This document shows positions 62,270 through 64,000 of a stretch of 64,000 nt of DNA, piece by piece; the first letter of the stretch is position 1, and every line of letters begins with the position of its first letter. Source of the stretch: Escherichia phage wV7; the sequence record NC_019505.1; one strand, written 5' to 3'. The notes under the pieces are model-generated. The model had not been told where the DNA came from. It did not search any database and saw nothing but the letters and a program-made list of their open reading frames with translations. The position numbers and the translations under genes were made by a program.

Positions 62270-62422
62270 TCAATTAGTTGACTTTGTTATAATATCATCA
62301 GACGCTTGATTTGTAAACTGGTCTGTGTTATTTTCTTCAAAAATTTTTTCTACGAATTCCTTGAACGACTCACGTTCCTGAGCTACATTATGCTCGATTA
62401 CCATTTCAAGATTATGACTCAT
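62270..62422 (-). CDS. Possible small ORF (50 aa) coupled to arn stop
   Basis: ATG overlaps arn stop (ATGA); below the ORF-track cut-off; acidic; no SD assessed. Confidence 0.3.
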   Translation of the reverse strand: MSHNLEMVIEHNVAQERESFKEFVEKIFEENNTDQFTNQASDDIITKSTN

Positions 62423-62697
62423 TCGAAATAATCTTCAATTTCGTAATCATGGACGTAAATCATTATAGTTTTTAATACATCATCAATACTTTTTCCTGGA
62501 GCTGGAATTACATAAAAATATCCTGCTTTTGAGAGGTCTTTATAAGTTCCAACCAAGAAATCGTTATTCTCAAGATGTAGTTCTTCAACTAATTCATTGA
62601 CAATTGAGTGGTATAAATTTGGTAGAAACTTATATAGCTTTTCTAGAATATCAATTTTGATTGTATATTGAACCACGGATTGAGAATCAATAATCAT
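62419..62697 (-). CDS. arn: Arn anti-restriction (anti-McrBC) protein (92 aa)
   Basis: Length 92 aa and sequence MIIDSQSVVQYT... consistent with recalled T4 Arn. Confidence 0.8.
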   Translation of the reverse strand: MIIDSQSVVQYTIKIDILEKLYKFLPNLYHSIVNELVEELHLENNDFLVGTYKDLSKAGYFYVIPAPGKSIDDVLKTIMIYVHDYEIEDYFE

Positions 62698-62780
62698 AGA
62701 CCTTCCCCTTATGTTTCTGTTTGCGATTAGATTCTTTAAACGCTTTCTTCTTATCCTTATGAACAGAAGCTTTATTAAAA

Positions 62781-62999
62781 TTATGTTTTGCGACTAAATT
62801 GTTCATAGTGCTGAATTACCTCTCTTAAACATTTGCATGTGAATGAAAACTTTTTAGCTACACCACATTCAAATATATGTTCTCTTAAATCACGTGTATC
62901 GGTATATCCCATCTCAACAATAAAATGCCGTATTAAATTTTTATCTTTATCATTGAGAGAATTAAAATAGTCAGATTTTGAATTAATTTCCCTGGCCAA
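62781..62999 (-). CDS. Hypothetical Cys-containing small protein (start uncertain; TTG at 62999 or ATG giving 44 aa)
   Basis: No ATG at the ORF-track start; first in-frame ATG is 28 codons downstream. Confidence 0.35.
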   Translation of the reverse strand: MAREINSKSDYFNSLNDKDKNLIRHFIVEMGYTDTRDLREHIFECGVAKKFSFTCKCLREVIQHYEQFSRKT

Positions 63000-63279
63000 A
63001 TTGAATCACCTTCAGTTGACGTTTTAATTCTTTTATCATTTCTTCGTTCATCGCAATATAAAGATCGCGTAAAGCAGGTTTTAGCATTCCATTTATTGGA
63101 GAACTAAATGGACATACATAATCTTTTCCTACGAGCTTTTTGGTGAATTCCATATCACAGAACTTAAATCCCGGCTCATTGGTATAAATTCCCCAATTAG
63201 TTGACATCATTTTATTAGCATATTCCAGTGCCTGGATTTGATTCATAATTCCATCAATTTGAAACTTTTTAATATTCAT
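62983..63279 (-). CDS. Hypothetical protein (98 aa)
   Basis: ATG start overlapping upstream stop. Confidence 0.5.
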   Translation of the reverse strand: MNIKKFQIDGIMNQIQALEYANKMMSTNWGIYTNEPGFKFCDMEFTKKLVGKDYVCPFSSPINGMLKPALRDLYIAMNEEMIKELKRQLKVIQFGQGN

Positions 63280-63740
63280 TAGTAAAGGTCCTCAGAGTAA
63301 AGTTCTTTTTCACTACCACCACGTTCAATACGTACTTGTCCAGCGTAAGTTGCAATAATCATTGCTTCTTCACGTGTCCAATAATTACTATATTGGTCAA
63401 TAAACCCTTGGTCATCATCACAAACTTGCTGAGTAACTAATTGAGGTTTAACTACATCTAAAACTTCTGCCATATCTTTAGAATAATGACGAGCACCTGG
63501 AATAACAAGAGTTCGTCCATCTTTTAATTTAAAACGATTAGCTGCACAGACAATTCGTCGTTGATACTTTTGGTTTTCATCCCAGTACGCAGTCTGCCAA
63601 CAGATTTCAGGAACTTCTTTCAGAATATCTTCTTCTGTGCATTTATAACCATGCGCTTTAAATTTTTGAACAAGACTCTCCGGAGTCTCACGAGATAAAG
63701 GCACATTCAGCATTTTTAAACGATTAATAAATGGGTTCAT
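63279..63740 (-). CDS. Hypothetical protein (153 aa)
   Basis: ATG start; intact ORF in the arn.x region. Confidence 0.55.
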   Translation of the reverse strand: MNPFINRLKMLNVPLSRETPESLVQKFKAHGYKCTEEDILKEVPEICWQTAYWDENQKYQRRIVCAANRFKLKDGRTLVIPGARHYSKDMAEVLDVVKPQLVTQQVCDDDQGFIDQYSNYWTREEAMIIATYAGQVRIERGGSEKELYSEDLY

Positions 63741-64000
63741 TTAAACCATCCTTTAATACGTTGCCACAAAGTTTTCTGCTGAGCTTTGTTAACACCAATT
63801 GAACGAATAACCGGTTGAGATTCCTGGAATTCTTTATAATCGGCAAGGTAAATTTCGTAAGCTGCATCCGTAAATGAACTTATCGCTGCCATAAAATTAT
63901 TGCGAATACCTACTGGAGCATCTTTACTTTCACGAATAATCATGTATTTACCAGTCTTAATCTTTACAATAGTTCCAAGATAAGCTCCATGGTACCAAAT
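63737..64000 (-). CDS. Hypothetical protein, possibly 5'-truncated by window end
   Basis: ORF track starts at ATG 63943, but the frame stays open upstream to the window edge. Confidence 0.45.
   Translation of the reverse strand: MWYHGAYLGTIVKIKTGKYMIIRESKDAPVGIRNNFMAAISSFTDAAYEIYLADYKEFQESQPVIRSIGVNKAQQKTLWQRIKGWFK

Noticed and set aside
62687-62806. 39-aa basic minus-strand ORF (MNNLVAKHNFNKASVHKDKKK...) overlapping the arn start and the next ORF's end
   Set aside because: Overlaps two better-supported genes in another frame; no SD assessed; too short to support.

Overview
This window reads as a T4-like (Tequatrovirus-type) myophage segment, syntenic with T4 from the 3' end of gene 18 (tail sheath) to the arn/asiA region. 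Identification rests on reading the supplied ORF translations against remembered T4 proteins and motifs; no database search was run, so gene names are recalled homology, not computed hits. Content in order: head morphogenesis genes 20-67-68-21-22-23-24; rnlB, hoc, inh, uvsW, uvsY; baseplate/tail genes 25-26-51-27-28-29-48-54; two tandem Alt-like ADP-ribosyltransferases; DNA ligase (30) and a run of small 30.x ORFs including a HAD-like hydrolase and a NADAR-like protein; rIII, 31, cd, pseT, a spanin pair, alc, rnlA, denA, nrdB, nrdA, td, frd; 32, 59, 33, dsbA, rnh; long-tail-fibre genes 34-35-36-37-38; holin t, asiA, arn. Regulatory signals visible directly include T4 late-promoter TATAAATA boxes, a MotA-box middle promoter upstream of uvsY, the gene 32 leader pseudoknot, and many GC-rich tetraloop hairpins at gene ends. 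Several ORF-track starts are GTG/TTG or lie upstream of the likely ATG and were moved. Points that differ from my recollection of T4 and deserve checking: tandem Alt paralogs; a 115-aa ORF between frd and td; uninterrupted td and nrdB; a 4-Ig-domain Hoc from a tandem duplication; T2-type gp37/gp38; a shortened AsiA overlapping t; and more small ORFs between frd and 32 than I recall. I found no evidence of a non-phage system (no CRISPR, tRNA, rRNA or transposase); the best candidates for novelty are the small unknown-function ORF islands and the Alt/NADAR neighbourhood.
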